Assembly: GCA_041659005.1 (NCBI GenBank) | Contig: JBAZZD010000004.1 | Location: 1-52,369, forward strand | Reading direction: 5' to 3' | DNA: 52,369 nucleotides | Origin: Minisyncoccota bacterium | Lineage (GTDB): Bacteria > Patescibacteriota > Minisyncoccia > UBA6257 > GWB1-50-10 | Shown: one piece after another, positions 18,118 through 25,834 of the stretch | How the letters are laid out: every line of letters begins with the position of its first letter | Position numbering within the stretch: position 1 is the first letter of the stretch | The notes under the pieces: model-generated | Seen by the model: only the letters and a program-made list of their open reading frames with translations | Database searches by the model: none | Told to the model about the DNA's origin: nothing | Made by a program: the position numbers and the translations under genes

Positions 18118-19221
18118 ATGTCAAAAGATTATTACAAAGTGCTCGGTGTTCAAAAAAACGCTACTGAAGACGATATCAAAAAGGCGTTTCGTAAGCTTGC
18201 ACATCAACATCATCCCGATAAGAAAACGGGAAACGAAGAAAAGTTTAAAGAAATAAACGAAGCATATCAGGTGCTTTCGAGTAAGGAAAAACGTGCACAA
18301 TATGACCAATTTGGGCAGACATTTTCCGCCCAAGGCGGACCCGCCTATGACGGGGATGGATTCCCATTTGGAGGATTTCAAAACGGTGGCTTTAATGTAG
18401 ATTTTGACGGAGGAGATATGAGCGACATTTTTGAGGCAATGTTTGGTGGAAGTCCATTTGGTGGGAGAGCTCGCACATCATCCCGTTCGCGCGGTGCAGA
18501 TCTTGAATTTGTAGAAACAATAACACTCGAAGAGGCGTTTTCTGGAGCAAAAAAAACAATTCACTTTGAAACATATTCAAAATGCGCAAGGTGTTCTGGT
18601 GCGGGATTTGATACATCAAAAGGAACAAAACAGTGTGGAATGTGTAATGGTCGCGGGCAGGTACGAGAAGAAAAACGAACAATACTTGGCACTATTGCAT
18701 CAGTTCGAGCGTGTGCGTCATGTAAGGGAAAAGGAACAATTCCCAATGAACCATGTAAAGAATGTAAGGGAACAGGACGGGTGATGGGAAGAAAAGAGGC
18801 ATCATTTGATGTCCCGCGTGGAATCGAGGACGGGCAGGTAATAAAACTTGCCGGACAAGGTTCTGCCGGCGAGGAGGGAATGGGAAGTGGAGATTTATAT
18901 GTAATTATACGAATAAAAAAACACAAGGAATTTGAACGAGAAAAAACTGATTTATATACTATAAAAGAAATTTCTCCAATTGATTTATTGTTAGGAAAAC
19001 AAATTTCGTTAAGAGATATTGACGGATCACTTTATAGTACGACGATTCCAGAAGGATTTAATATAAAAGATCCATTGCGAGTACAAGGAAGGGGAATGCC
19101 TCGTCCGGGAATGTTTGGATCTTCGCGCGGTGATTGTTTTGTGTCCCTTACATTTAAAACACCGAAGCATCTTTCTAAAAAAGCACGGGAATTACTCGAG
19201 AAGTTGGAGGGGGAGCTATAG
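18118..19221 (+). CDS. dnaJ: Co-chaperone DnaJ (Hsp40)
   Basis: J domain with HPD (HHPDK), a G/F region, and four CxxCxGxG zinc motifs (CARCSGAG, CGMCNGRG, CASCKGKG, CKECKGTG). Confidence 0.95.
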   Translation: MSKDYYKVLGVQKNATEDDIKKAFRKLAHQHHPDKKTGNEEKFKEINEAYQVLSSKEKRAQYDQFGQTFSAQGGPAYDGDGFPFGGFQNGGFNVDFDGGDMSDIFEAMFGGSPFGGRARTSSRSRGADLEFVETITLEEAFSGAKKTIHFETYSKCARCSGAGFDTSKGTKQCGMCNGRGQVREEKRTILGTIASVRACASCKGKGTIPNEPCKECKGTGRVMGRKEASFDVPRGIEDGQVIKLAGQGSAGEEGMGSGDLYVIIRIKKHKEFEREKTDLYTIKEISPIDLLLGKQISLRDIDGSLYSTTIPEGFNIKDPLRVQGRGMPRPGMFGSSRGDCFVSLTFKTPKHLSKKARELLEKLEGEL

Positions 19222-19225
19222 AAAA

Positions 19226-19254
19226 TTGACATAATAACGTTTTTCCTTTTTAAT
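19226..19254 (+). promoter_or_regulatory. Candidate promoter of a two-gene small-protein cassette
   Basis: TTGACA-N17-TTTAAT. The tracked ATG at 19253 overlaps the -10. Confidence 0.45.
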
Positions 19255-19282
19255 GTTACCATCATTAACATTCGGAGAAAGT

Positions 19283-19516
19283 ATGTTGAAGTCGTGTCTT
19301 TCAATCGTTCTTATTTTAATCATTGCGTTATACCTTGGTGTCTATGTTTGTGCCGTCGGTGGGGTGGTCGTTTTTATTGATGCAGTAAAGGCAACCCCAA
19401 CTTCTGGTTCTGGAATTCTCTGGGGAACAGTGAGATTTTTTCTTTCTGTCCCAGTTTTCTTCTTGGTGGTCGCTATTGCCGGATGGCTTGGGCTTCGTAG
19501 TCCAAAAAAACGATAG
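19283..19516 (+). CDS. Small two-TM membrane protein (77 aa)
   Basis: ATG preceded by GGAGAAAGT (SD-like). Two hydrophobic helices. Basic C-terminus (SPKKR). Confidence 0.45.
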   Translation: MLKSCLSIVLILIIALYLGVYVCAVGGVVVFIDAVKATPTSGSGILWGTVRFFLSVPVFFLVVAIAGWLGLRSPKKR

Positions 19517-19524
19517 GTGTGAAA

Positions 19525-19722
19525 ATGGTTGCTAATAGTTTTCACACATCAAAAAAGTTTTTTAGTGTTAACCGAAATAGCTGTGGTAAAAAGAAAGAAA
19601 AAATTCAGAAACCAAAAGTAAAAAAGAATATTGCAAAAAGTATCGTATTTGCAAGGTGTAATGCTGCGGCAGAAATTGATGCAATTATGCGCTTTTTAGA
19701 AAGATTTGAAGGTATGTTTTAA
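19525..19722 (+). CDS. Small lysine-rich hypothetical protein (65 aa)
   Basis: ORF that starts 9 nt after the stop of the previous ORF and is followed by a terminator. No recognisable domain. Confidence 0.3.
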   Translation: MVANSFHTSKKFFSVNRNSCGKKKEKIQKPKVKKNIAKSIVFARCNAAAEIDAIMRFLERFEGMF

Positions 19723-19746
19723 TCCCCAAAATGGGGATTTTTATTT
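19721..19746 (+). terminator. Rho-independent terminator
   Basis: Stem aatcccca/tggggatt followed by a T-run. Confidence 0.75.
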
Positions 19747-19772
19747 GACTTTTTACTGATTCGGGCTATTAT
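19745..19772 (+). promoter_or_regulatory. Promoter of the rplJ-rplL operon
   Basis: TTGACT-N16-TATTAT. Confidence 0.55.
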
Positions 19773-19782
19773 ATATTCATAT

Positions 19783-19915
19783 CCGTAGATCGCAGGTCGA
19801 AGACCCCGAGGTAACACCGAGGGGCAAACGATAAATCCTGCTGAGGAAACCCAAAAATTTATAAGGAAACTTATAAACGATGTCTACGGCATAAAGGTCG
19901 TAGGCGTTTTTATTT
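19783..19915 (+). promoter_or_regulatory. Ribosomal protein L10 leader-like attenuator
   Basis: Long-range stem CCGTAGATCG (19783-19792) / CGATGTCTACGG (19878-19889). Internal hairpin CCCC-GA-GG-uaaca-CC-GA-GGGG with tandem G-A pairs (kink-turn-like). Alternative hairpin CTACG...CGTAG (19884-19903) plus a T-run just before the rplJ ATG. Confidence 0.55.
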
Positions 19916-19917
19916 TT

Positions 19918-20406
19918 ATGAAAACTAAAAGTCAAAAATTAACACAAATTGAGGAAGGAGCAGGAGTATTGAAAAATGCTCAATCAGTAGTTCTTACTGA
20001 TTTTACTGGTCTTTCCGCAAATGAAATGAATGCACTTCGTAAGAATGTGTTTGGTTTGGGTGGATCATTGTTAGTGTTTAAAAAGCGTTTGCTCAAATAT
20101 GTTTTTGAAAAAGAAGGAATGGAATTTACTCCATCTGACTTTGCGGGACAAGCAGGCGTAGTGTTTTCTCCAAAGGATATGGTGGAAACTGCTGGAGTAG
20201 TATATCGATTTTCAAAAACACAAAATAAACTCAAAATAATGGGCGGATTTAATGTTCTTGAAAAAAGCTTTGTTACCGCAAAAGACACACAAGCAATTGG
20301 TCAACTTCCAGGACGCGAAGTACTATTGGGTCAATTAGCGTATATGTTGGGAAGCCCAATTCGTTCATTTATGATCGTATTACAAGAAAAAGCAAAAAAG
20401 TCGTAA
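19918..20406 (+). CDS. rplJ: 50S ribosomal protein L10
   Basis: 162 aa. Position upstream of rplL. L10-like N-terminal region (VVLTDFTGLSANEMNALRK). Confidence 0.9.
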   Translation: MKTKSQKLTQIEEGAGVLKNAQSVVLTDFTGLSANEMNALRKNVFGLGGSLLVFKKRLLKYVFEKEGMEFTPSDFAGQAGVVFSPKDMVETAGVVYRFSKTQNKLKIMGGFNVLEKSFVTAKDTQAIGQLPGREVLLGQLAYMLGSPIRSFMIVLQEKAKKS

Positions 20407-20448
20407 CTTTAAATTTCAAATTTAAGTACAAAAATATTAAATAATAAT

Positions 20449-20808
20449 ATGGAAAAATTTAACAAAATTATTGAAGAGGTAGAAAAGCTCTCAGTGCTTG
20501 AGCTTTCAGAATTGGTAAAAGCATTTGAAGAGAAGTTTGGTGTTTCAGCAGCAGCGATGGCGACTGCGGGACCTGCAGCGGCAGTAGCAGAAGAGAAAAC
20601 ATCTTGGGATGTAGTTCTTAAGAGCGGCGGCGAGCAGAAAATTAATGTTATCAAGATTATCAAGGAAGCAACCGGACTTGGTCTTAAAGAGGCAAAGGAC
20701 TTGGTTGAAGGAGCTCCAAAGGAAATAAAGAAAGGAATGAAGAAGGAAGAGGCAGAAGAGCTCAAGAAAACTCTTGAAACCGCGGGTGCAGTAGTAGAAT
20801 TGAAATAA
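20449..20808 (+). CDS. rplL: 50S ribosomal protein L7/L12
   Basis: 119 aa. Ala-rich hinge. C-terminal [28 protein letters not shown] motif. Confidence 0.95.
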   Translation: MEKFNKIIEEVEKLSVLELSELVKAFEEKFGVSAAAMATAGPAAAVAEEKTSWDVVLKSGGEQKINVIKIIKEATGLGLKEAKDLVEGAPKEIKKGMKKEEAEELKKTLETAGAVVELK

Positions 20809-20843
20809 TAGTCACTAGTGATTAGGGTTTAGGGTCTAGTAGA

Positions 20844-20876
20844 AAATCCACCCGAAAGGGTGGATTTTGTTTTTGT
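20844..20876 (+). terminator. Rho-independent terminator after rplL
   Basis: Stem aaatccaccc/gggtggattt with loop gaaa, followed by a T-rich run. Confidence 0.85.
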
Positions 20877-20898
20877 TTGATGCTAACATTTTTTCGAT

Positions 20899-20972
20899 GG
20901 GCAATTAGCTCAGCTGGTTAGAGCGTTGCATTCACATTGCAAAGGTCACTGGTTCGAGTCCAGTATTGCCCA
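20899..20972 (+). tRNA. tRNA-Val (anticodon CAC)
   Basis: Hand-folded cloverleaf. Acceptor gggcaat/attgccc, D-arm tagctcagctggttagagc, anticodon stem ttgca/tgcaa with loop ttCACat, T-arm actgg-ttcgagt-ccagt. No encoded CCA. Confidence 0.9.
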
Positions 20973-20980
20973 CACAGAAA

Positions 20981-21005
20981 AAAATCGCCGTAAGCGGCGA
21001 TTTTA
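20981..21005 (+). terminator. Terminator after tRNA-Val
   Basis: Stem atcgccg/cggcgat with loop taag, flanked by an A-run and a T-run (could act in both directions). Confidence 0.7.
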
Positions 21006-21043
21006 ATTTCAATTTATAATTTACAAATTTCAAATACAAAGGA

Positions 21044-21134
21044 CTCGAATCCTGCTCACCGACAGGGTGACGCTGGGTTCGTGTGAGTGATTCGGAGAGT
21101 AACGTTCGATTTCTGTTGTCAACTTTTTGTTGAC
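21044..21134 (+). other. GC-rich structured segment of unknown function, upstream of the kinase-like ORF
   Basis: Inverted repeat CTCGAATCCTGCTCAC (21044-21059) / GTGAGTGATTCGGAG (21083-21097). Inner hairpin tcacc-gaca-gggtga. A second hairpin GTCAAC-ttttt-GTTGAC (21118-21134) followed by TTT. Confidence 0.3.
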
Positions 21135-21181
21135 TTTCCCCAGTTTTTATAGTAAAAAAAGGTATCTTTAATAATATAAAA

Positions 21182-22186
21182 ATGGAGAAAATTATGAACA
21201 TCAGGTGTGTTATAGTAAAAATGTCATTTTATAGTAGATTTCTATATAGTTTACTAAATAGGATTATGATTAGTTCAGCAACAAGAGAACAAGCAAAAAA
21301 AGAATCAGTAGTTAATATTGAGCTTATTCTTAAGGAAAATAATTTTCAGCTTGTAGATACGGAATCTTTTCGGCAAAAGAAAACCGTATTTAAGGTAAAA
21401 GATAACCAAGACACTCTTTTTATTCTTAAAACCGGAAATATTGAACCTCTACAAATTCAACTTTTTCAAATTGCAAAATTACTTGAAAATAAACTTGCAT
21501 TTAAAGTGCCAGCTATTATAAAACAAGGTGTTGGCTGGATACTATTTGAGTATATTGATGGAAAACCGCTTAATGATTTTTTTGAGGAAAAACAAGATTG
21601 GTGTATAAAAGTTAGTAAAAAAATTTCCGATGATTATCAATTAGTTGTTCAGGAACTACAAAAGACTCAATTGCTTGGTAACTTATTGGCCGATGGTAAA
21701 GAATGGTTTTTTTCGCGTCTTAATATGTGGAGCAAACCGATTATTGATGCTGGACTTATTGATTTTCCACTTATTCAGCAATTAAAAAAAGAATTTGAAG
21801 AAATTATTAATAAAAACGATGCTGATTTTTTTGGGTGGGTTCATGGAAACATCATTGGTGATCATATATTAGTTTCCGATGAAAATCTTTATCTGCTTGA
21901 TCTTGATGTCGTTCCTCGAATTGGCGGAAAATATTATGATTTTCTTCGTTCTTTAGATTTTGCATTTATTAAATCTAAAGATGAAGAAAAGGTTTTCAAA
22001 TCCATTCCAAAATGGATGAAACAGTATCTAGCGAATTTTAGTGAAATGGAAATAAAACTTGTCTTCGCTTTTAGAAACATCGGTATTTTGGGATGGGATA
22101 TGATTCATTGCAAAGCTGAAGATGGCAAAGAAAATGTTGAAAGAAAAAAACAGTTGGCATTAAAATTTATAAGAAGAGAATATTAG
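21182..22186 (+). CDS. Kinase-like (aminoglycoside/choline phosphotransferase fold) protein
   Basis: WVHGNIIGDHILV...LYLLDLD resembles the HGDxxxxN catalytic loop and the DxD metal site of the APH/ChoK family. Divergent, and the start codon is uncertain. Confidence 0.5.
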   Translation: MEKIMNIRCVIVKMSFYSRFLYSLLNRIMISSATREQAKKESVVNIELILKENNFQLVDTESFRQKKTVFKVKDNQDTLFILKTGNIEPLQIQLFQIAKLLENKLAFKVPAIIKQGVGWILFEYIDGKPLNDFFEEKQDWCIKVSKKISDDYQLVVQELQKTQLLGNLLADGKEWFFSRLNMWSKPIIDAGLIDFPLIQQLKKEFEEIINKNDADFFGWVHGNIIGDHILVSDENLYLLDLDVVPRIGGKYYDFLRSLDFAFIKSKDEEKVFKSIPKWMKQYLANFSEMEIKLVFAFRNIGILGWDMIHCKAEDGKENVERKKQLALKFIRREY

Positions 22187-22191
22187 CAAAG

Positions 22192-22223
22192 GGCCTCAGG
22201 TATTTACTTGAGGCCATTTTTTT
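22192..22223 (+). terminator. Terminator between convergent genes
   Basis: Stem ggcctca/tgaggcc followed by a T7 run. Confidence 0.65.
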
Positions 22224-22286
22224 GAATCAATCAAAATCATGTTTTGTTCTCTTTTTGCAAGAAAATTATAGAAAGTGTTGAATAAT

Positions 22287-23567
22287 TTACACTCCCTTAG
22301 TGAGTGTATAGAACATTAAGACGGCGGCGATACCCATTAAAACAAAGGTGAGCCAGATAAAGATCTTTGAGAGAATACCACTCACATATTCTCCCATTAT
22401 TTTTTTGTTTTGAGCGATTCGAGCAATGATAAAAATGAGAGGAACTGCTGCAACGCCGTTAAATACTGCAGTAAAAACAAGAGCTTTCATTGGATCAATT
22501 CCGATGAAGTTAATCATTAATCCAATAAGTGTTGCGACGGTGATGACGCCGTAGAACCCATGTGCTCGCTTAAACTTGCGGTTTAAACCCTCTTTCCAGT
22601 TGAATGCCTCTGATACTGCGTATGAGGCAGACGCAGAGAGTACGGGGATTCCTAAAAAGCCAAGACCCAAAATACCAATGGAGAAAATTAGTTTTGCAAG
22701 AAAACCAGCATTTGGAAATGTATTTACCAGTGGCTCTAATGCTTTCGCCGCATCTGCCGCGGTTCGTATGTCATGGATTCCATTTGCAAAAAGGACTGTT
22801 CCTGCAACCACAATAATGCACCATGTAGCGAGATTTGAAGAAAACATTCCGACAATTGTATCCATTCGGATTGTTTTCATAAATTGTCGCGTCATTGCTG
22901 GCTTTCCACCTTTTATTAAATGGTTTGCGCGTTCTTCTTCAACTTCTTCTGATGCTTGCCAGAAAAACATATACGGAGAAATAGTTGTTCCTAATACTCC
23001 AGTGATAATAAATAGAAATCCAAAACTTAATTCAAAAGTAGGAATAAATGTTGCATAAATAACTTCTTTCCACGGGAGTCGAATTAAAAAAATTGTAAGT
23101 GGATACGCAAGAAGTGTAAGTGTGGCCCATTTTAAAATTTTTGAATAGTTTTTGTATGAAACAAATATTTCGAGCACTAAAATTATTGCGGCAAAAAATA
23201 ATACTAATACTCCAAATGGAAGGGGAATGATAAGTTGCGCTGCCGCGCCCATTGCGCCGAGATCCGCACCGATATTGATTGTGTTTGCGAGAAGTACAAG
23301 AAATATCACCCAATATAGAACCCATTTTTTATAATGCTCCCTTACTACTGCTGCAATTCCCTTTCCCTGCGTTGCACCAATGCGTGCGCACGCCTCTTGA
23401 ACTGAGATCATAAATGGAAGCATAAAAAGTGCGGTCCACAACTGACCATATCCAAATTGTGCTCCTGTTTGTGAGTAGGTTGCGATTCCTGATGGATCGT
23501 CATCTGCTGCGCCTGTAATTACTCCAGGACCTGCTGATTTAACGAATTTTCGTACTCCTTTAAACAT
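22287..23567 (-). CDS. mntH: NRAMP-family divalent metal (Mn/Fe) transporter
   Basis: 426 aa, about 11 TM helices. N-terminal GPGVITGAADDDPSGIATYSQTGAQFGY is the NRAMP signature region. Confidence 0.85.
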   Translation of the reverse strand: MFKGVRKFVKSAGPGVITGAADDDPSGIATYSQTGAQFGYGQLWTALFMLPFMISVQEACARIGATQGKGIAAVVREHYKKWVLYWVIFLVLLANTINIGADLGAMGAAAQLIIPLPFGVLVLFFAAIILVLEIFVSYKNYSKILKWATLTLLAYPLTIFLIRLPWKEVIYATFIPTFELSFGFLFIITGVLGTTISPYMFFWQASEEVEEERANHLIKGGKPAMTRQFMKTIRMDTIVGMFSSNLATWCIIVVAGTVLFANGIHDIRTAADAAKALEPLVNTFPNAGFLAKLIFSIGILGLGFLGIPVLSASASYAVSEAFNWKEGLNRKFKRAHGFYGVITVATLIGLMINFIGIDPMKALVFTAVFNGVAAVPLIFIIARIAQNKKIMGEYVSGILSKIFIWLTFVLMGIAAVLMFYTLTKGV

Positions 23568-23875
23568 TAATTCAATTATTACACAGAATTTTTAATTTTG
23601 TAATTTTGTAAACAAAAGATGAAAATTTTATTTCCTTATTAGCGGCATAGTTGGGAATGATATGTATTTAGTTGATTTCCTTTTGATCACTAAACCCTAA
23701 TCCCCAATCTCTATCCCTGGTGGGGAATTGTAAAAAAATATAAAAATGAAAAACTAAATCACAAACAAAGAACCGCACAACTGTTGATAACTATATGTGC
23801 TGTTTATCTTCATTTTATAAGGGCAAATCAAATATATAAGGCAAAGAAGGTTGTGTATATCAAAGAAGGGCTTCG

Positions 23876-23884
23876 TGGTATACT
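23876..23884 (+). promoter_or_regulatory. Extended -10 promoter of the mraZ (dcw) operon
   Basis: TGGTATACT (TGn plus TATACT), about 90 nt upstream of mraZ. Confidence 0.5.
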
Positions 23885-23895
23885 CATATATGTAA

Positions 23896-23940
23896 GTGGG
23901 GAATTGTGGATAAAAGTGTGGATAAGGTCGAAATCTGGGG
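23896..23940 (+). promoter_or_regulatory. Candidate MraZ operator (direct GTGG(G/A) repeats)
   Basis: GTGGG (23896), GTGGA (23906), GTGGA (23918) and TGGGG (23936) spaced 10-12 nt apart, just downstream of the -10. MraZ is known to bind spaced direct repeats upstream of its own gene. Confidence 0.5.
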
Positions 23941-23976
23941 ATAACCCTCAATAACTAACCAAGGTAACGCTAAAAA

Positions 23977-24408
23977 ATGCTTCTCGGAGAATTTAAACAT
24001 ACTATTGACGAAAAGGGCCGCGTTGCGGTTCCCGCGAAGTTCCGGCATGCGTTTCAAGGGGGGGCTATTATCACTCGAGGTCTCGATCACTGCCTTTTTA
24101 TCTTTAGTCTTAGTGAGTGGGAGAATCTTGCAAAGAAAATCAATGATCTCCCACTTGCGCAGGCTAATTCTCGTGCATTTTCTCGTTTGATGCTTGCGGG
24201 TGCGATGGATGTAAAGGTTGATGTACAAGGACGCATACTTGTTCCTGATTATTTGCGTGAATACGCAGGCATAAAGAAGCAGGTAGTTGTTGCGGGGGTA
24301 TATAACCGAGCAGAAATTTGGGATGAGACGGCATGGAATGAATATAAGTCACGCACCGAATCAGCATCTGATGAAATAGCCGAGAAATTGGGGGAATTAG
24401 GAATCTGA
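23977..24408 (+). CDS. mraZ: Transcriptional regulator MraZ
   Basis: 143 aa. Duplicated SpoVT/AbrB-like halves (DEKGRVAVPAKFR and DVQGRILVPDYLR). Confidence 0.93.
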   Translation: MLLGEFKHTIDEKGRVAVPAKFRHAFQGGAIITRGLDHCLFIFSLSEWENLAKKINDLPLAQANSRAFSRLMLAGAMDVKVDVQGRILVPDYLREYAGIKKQVVVAGVYNRAEIWDETAWNEYKSRTESASDEIAEKLGELGI

Positions 24409-24536
24409 AGTAGTTAAAAACTCAAAATGCAAAGGTCAAAATTGAAAGTTAAAAGTAGCAAACTAGATAGCAAGAAAATACTTCGTTATCTCGTTTTGAA
24501 TTTTACTTTTGATCTTTGAGATTTGATTTTTGAATT

Positions 24537-25421
24537 ATGAGCAAGCATGTACCAGTTCTTTTACGAGAAGTAATTGAAGATCTTAATCCACAGCCAGGAG
24601 AATTTTTTATTGATGGAACATTGGGTGGGGGAGGACACACGCGAGCAATTGCAGAGCGAATTGGTAATTTGGGAAAGATGCTTTGTATTGATTGGGATCA
24701 GAATGCGGTATTGAATTTTAAAAAACCAGACGGAAGAGATGTTCCTGAAATGGTAGTGAAGAATGCAAACTATCGAGATATTCCAGAAATATTAAAAGAT
24801 GAACATCTTCCAAAAGCAGACGGCATGATTCTTGATCTAGGATTTTCCTCTGATCAAATTGAAGACGCAGAACGAGGATTCAGTTTTCAGTATGATGGCC
24901 CACTGGATATGCGATATAGCGGGGAATATCAAAGTGCGGCAGATATTGTAAACCAATATCGAGAGCATGAATTAGAAACGCTGTTTCATGCATTTGGTGG
25001 AGAGCGATACGCAGGACGAATTGCAAAGGCACTTTGTGAAGTGCGAAAGAGAAAGAAGTTTGAAACCACCAAAGAACTTGAAGATGTTATTTTCCATGCG
25101 GTGCCAGCATTTACTCGAAAAGGAAAAATTCATCCAGCAACAAGAGTATTTCAAGCACTTCGTATTGCGGTGAATCATGAGCTTGAAAATGTTGCCTTGA
25201 TATTAAAAACAATTTCAGAATGTGTGAAATCAGGAGGGAGAGTTGCGATTATTACCTTCCACTCGCTTGAAGACAAGATAGTGAAAGAAGGATTTAAGGA
25301 TCTTGTAAGCAACGGAAAGGCAGAATTCATACATAAAAAACCAATTTCACCACAAAGAGACGAAATAAAAAATAATCCACGCAGTCGTTCAGCAAAAATT
25401 CGATCAATTAAAATACTCTAA
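24537..25421 (+). CDS. rsmH: 16S rRNA m4C1402 methyltransferase RsmH (MraW)
   Basis: HVPVLLREV, DGTLGGGGH, LDLGFSSDQ and FHSLEDKIVK motifs. Confidence 0.93.
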   Translation: MSKHVPVLLREVIEDLNPQPGEFFIDGTLGGGGHTRAIAERIGNLGKMLCIDWDQNAVLNFKKPDGRDVPEMVVKNANYRDIPEILKDEHLPKADGMILDLGFSSDQIEDAERGFSFQYDGPLDMRYSGEYQSAADIVNQYREHELETLFHAFGGERYAGRIAKALCEVRKRKKFETTKELEDVIFHAVPAFTRKGKIHPATRVFQALRIAVNHELENVALILKTISECVKSGGRVAIITFHSLEDKIVKEGFKDLVSNGKAEFIHKKPISPQRDEIKNNPRSRSAKIRSIKIL

Positions 25422-25434
25422 TTTATAAAATAAC

Positions 25435-25725
25435 ATGACAATCATTCGTCCACACAAATCATCTTCAATAAAATATTTTCTCTACTCACTTTTTGGTGTA
25501 CTATTAATTTGTGGTGGCTTTTATATTTCTGAATATACAGCGCTTGCAGAGACGCGAAATTCAATCAATACCTTAAAAGGATTTGTTGGGAAACTTCAAG
25601 GGGAAAATGCGGATTTGAAGAATGAACTCTACACAATGATTGATCCTGCTCGGCTTGAAGCGGCAGGGGTAGATTCAGGACTGCAAAAAGAATTACGACC
25701 ACAGTATGTAACAACAAGTCAATAA
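25435..25725 (+). CDS. ftsL: FtsL-like cell division protein
   Basis: 96 aa with a single TM helix followed by a coiled-coil. Position between rsmH and ftsI. Confidence 0.55.
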   Translation: MTIIRPHKSSSIKYFLYSLFGVLLICGGFYISEYTALAETRNSINTLKGFVGKLQGENADLKNELYTMIDPARLEAAGVDSGLQKELRPQYVTTSQ

Positions 25726-25745
25726 TCTTTTGGAGAGCAGATTAT

Positions 25746-25834
25746 ATTCGTGGTCTCAATAACAAACTAATACATTGATAGAAATAAATATCACATAAAA
25801 ATGTCGCACCTATCCATGAACTGCTTCTAACGGG
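25746..25834 (+). repeat. Inverted-repeat element copy 4 (left arm decayed), between ftsL and ftsI
   Basis: The right arm GCTTCTAACGGG abuts the ftsI ATG at 25835. ATGTCG mini-ORF at 25801-25830. The left end keeps only ATTCGT (25746-25751), shared with copy 1. Confidence 0.6.

Noticed and set aside
20820-20832. TTAGGGTTTAGGG resembling eukaryotic telomere repeats
   Set aside because: It has only two units, sits in a bacterial intergenic spacer beside a terminator, and also occurs in reverse orientation elsewhere. It is better explained as a short dispersed motif.
21041-21062. GGACTCGAATCCTGCTCACCGA as a tRNA 3' fragment marking an integration (att) site next to tRNA-Val
   Set aside because: The 5' half of the T-stem is missing and the implied acceptor would start with U. 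The segment pairs better with an inverted copy 25 nt downstream. No integrase or other mobile-element genes follow.
20932-21201. 89-aa minus-strand ORF overlapping tRNA-Val and its terminator
   Set aside because: It overlaps a well-folded tRNA gene and a terminator hairpin. It has no coding features.
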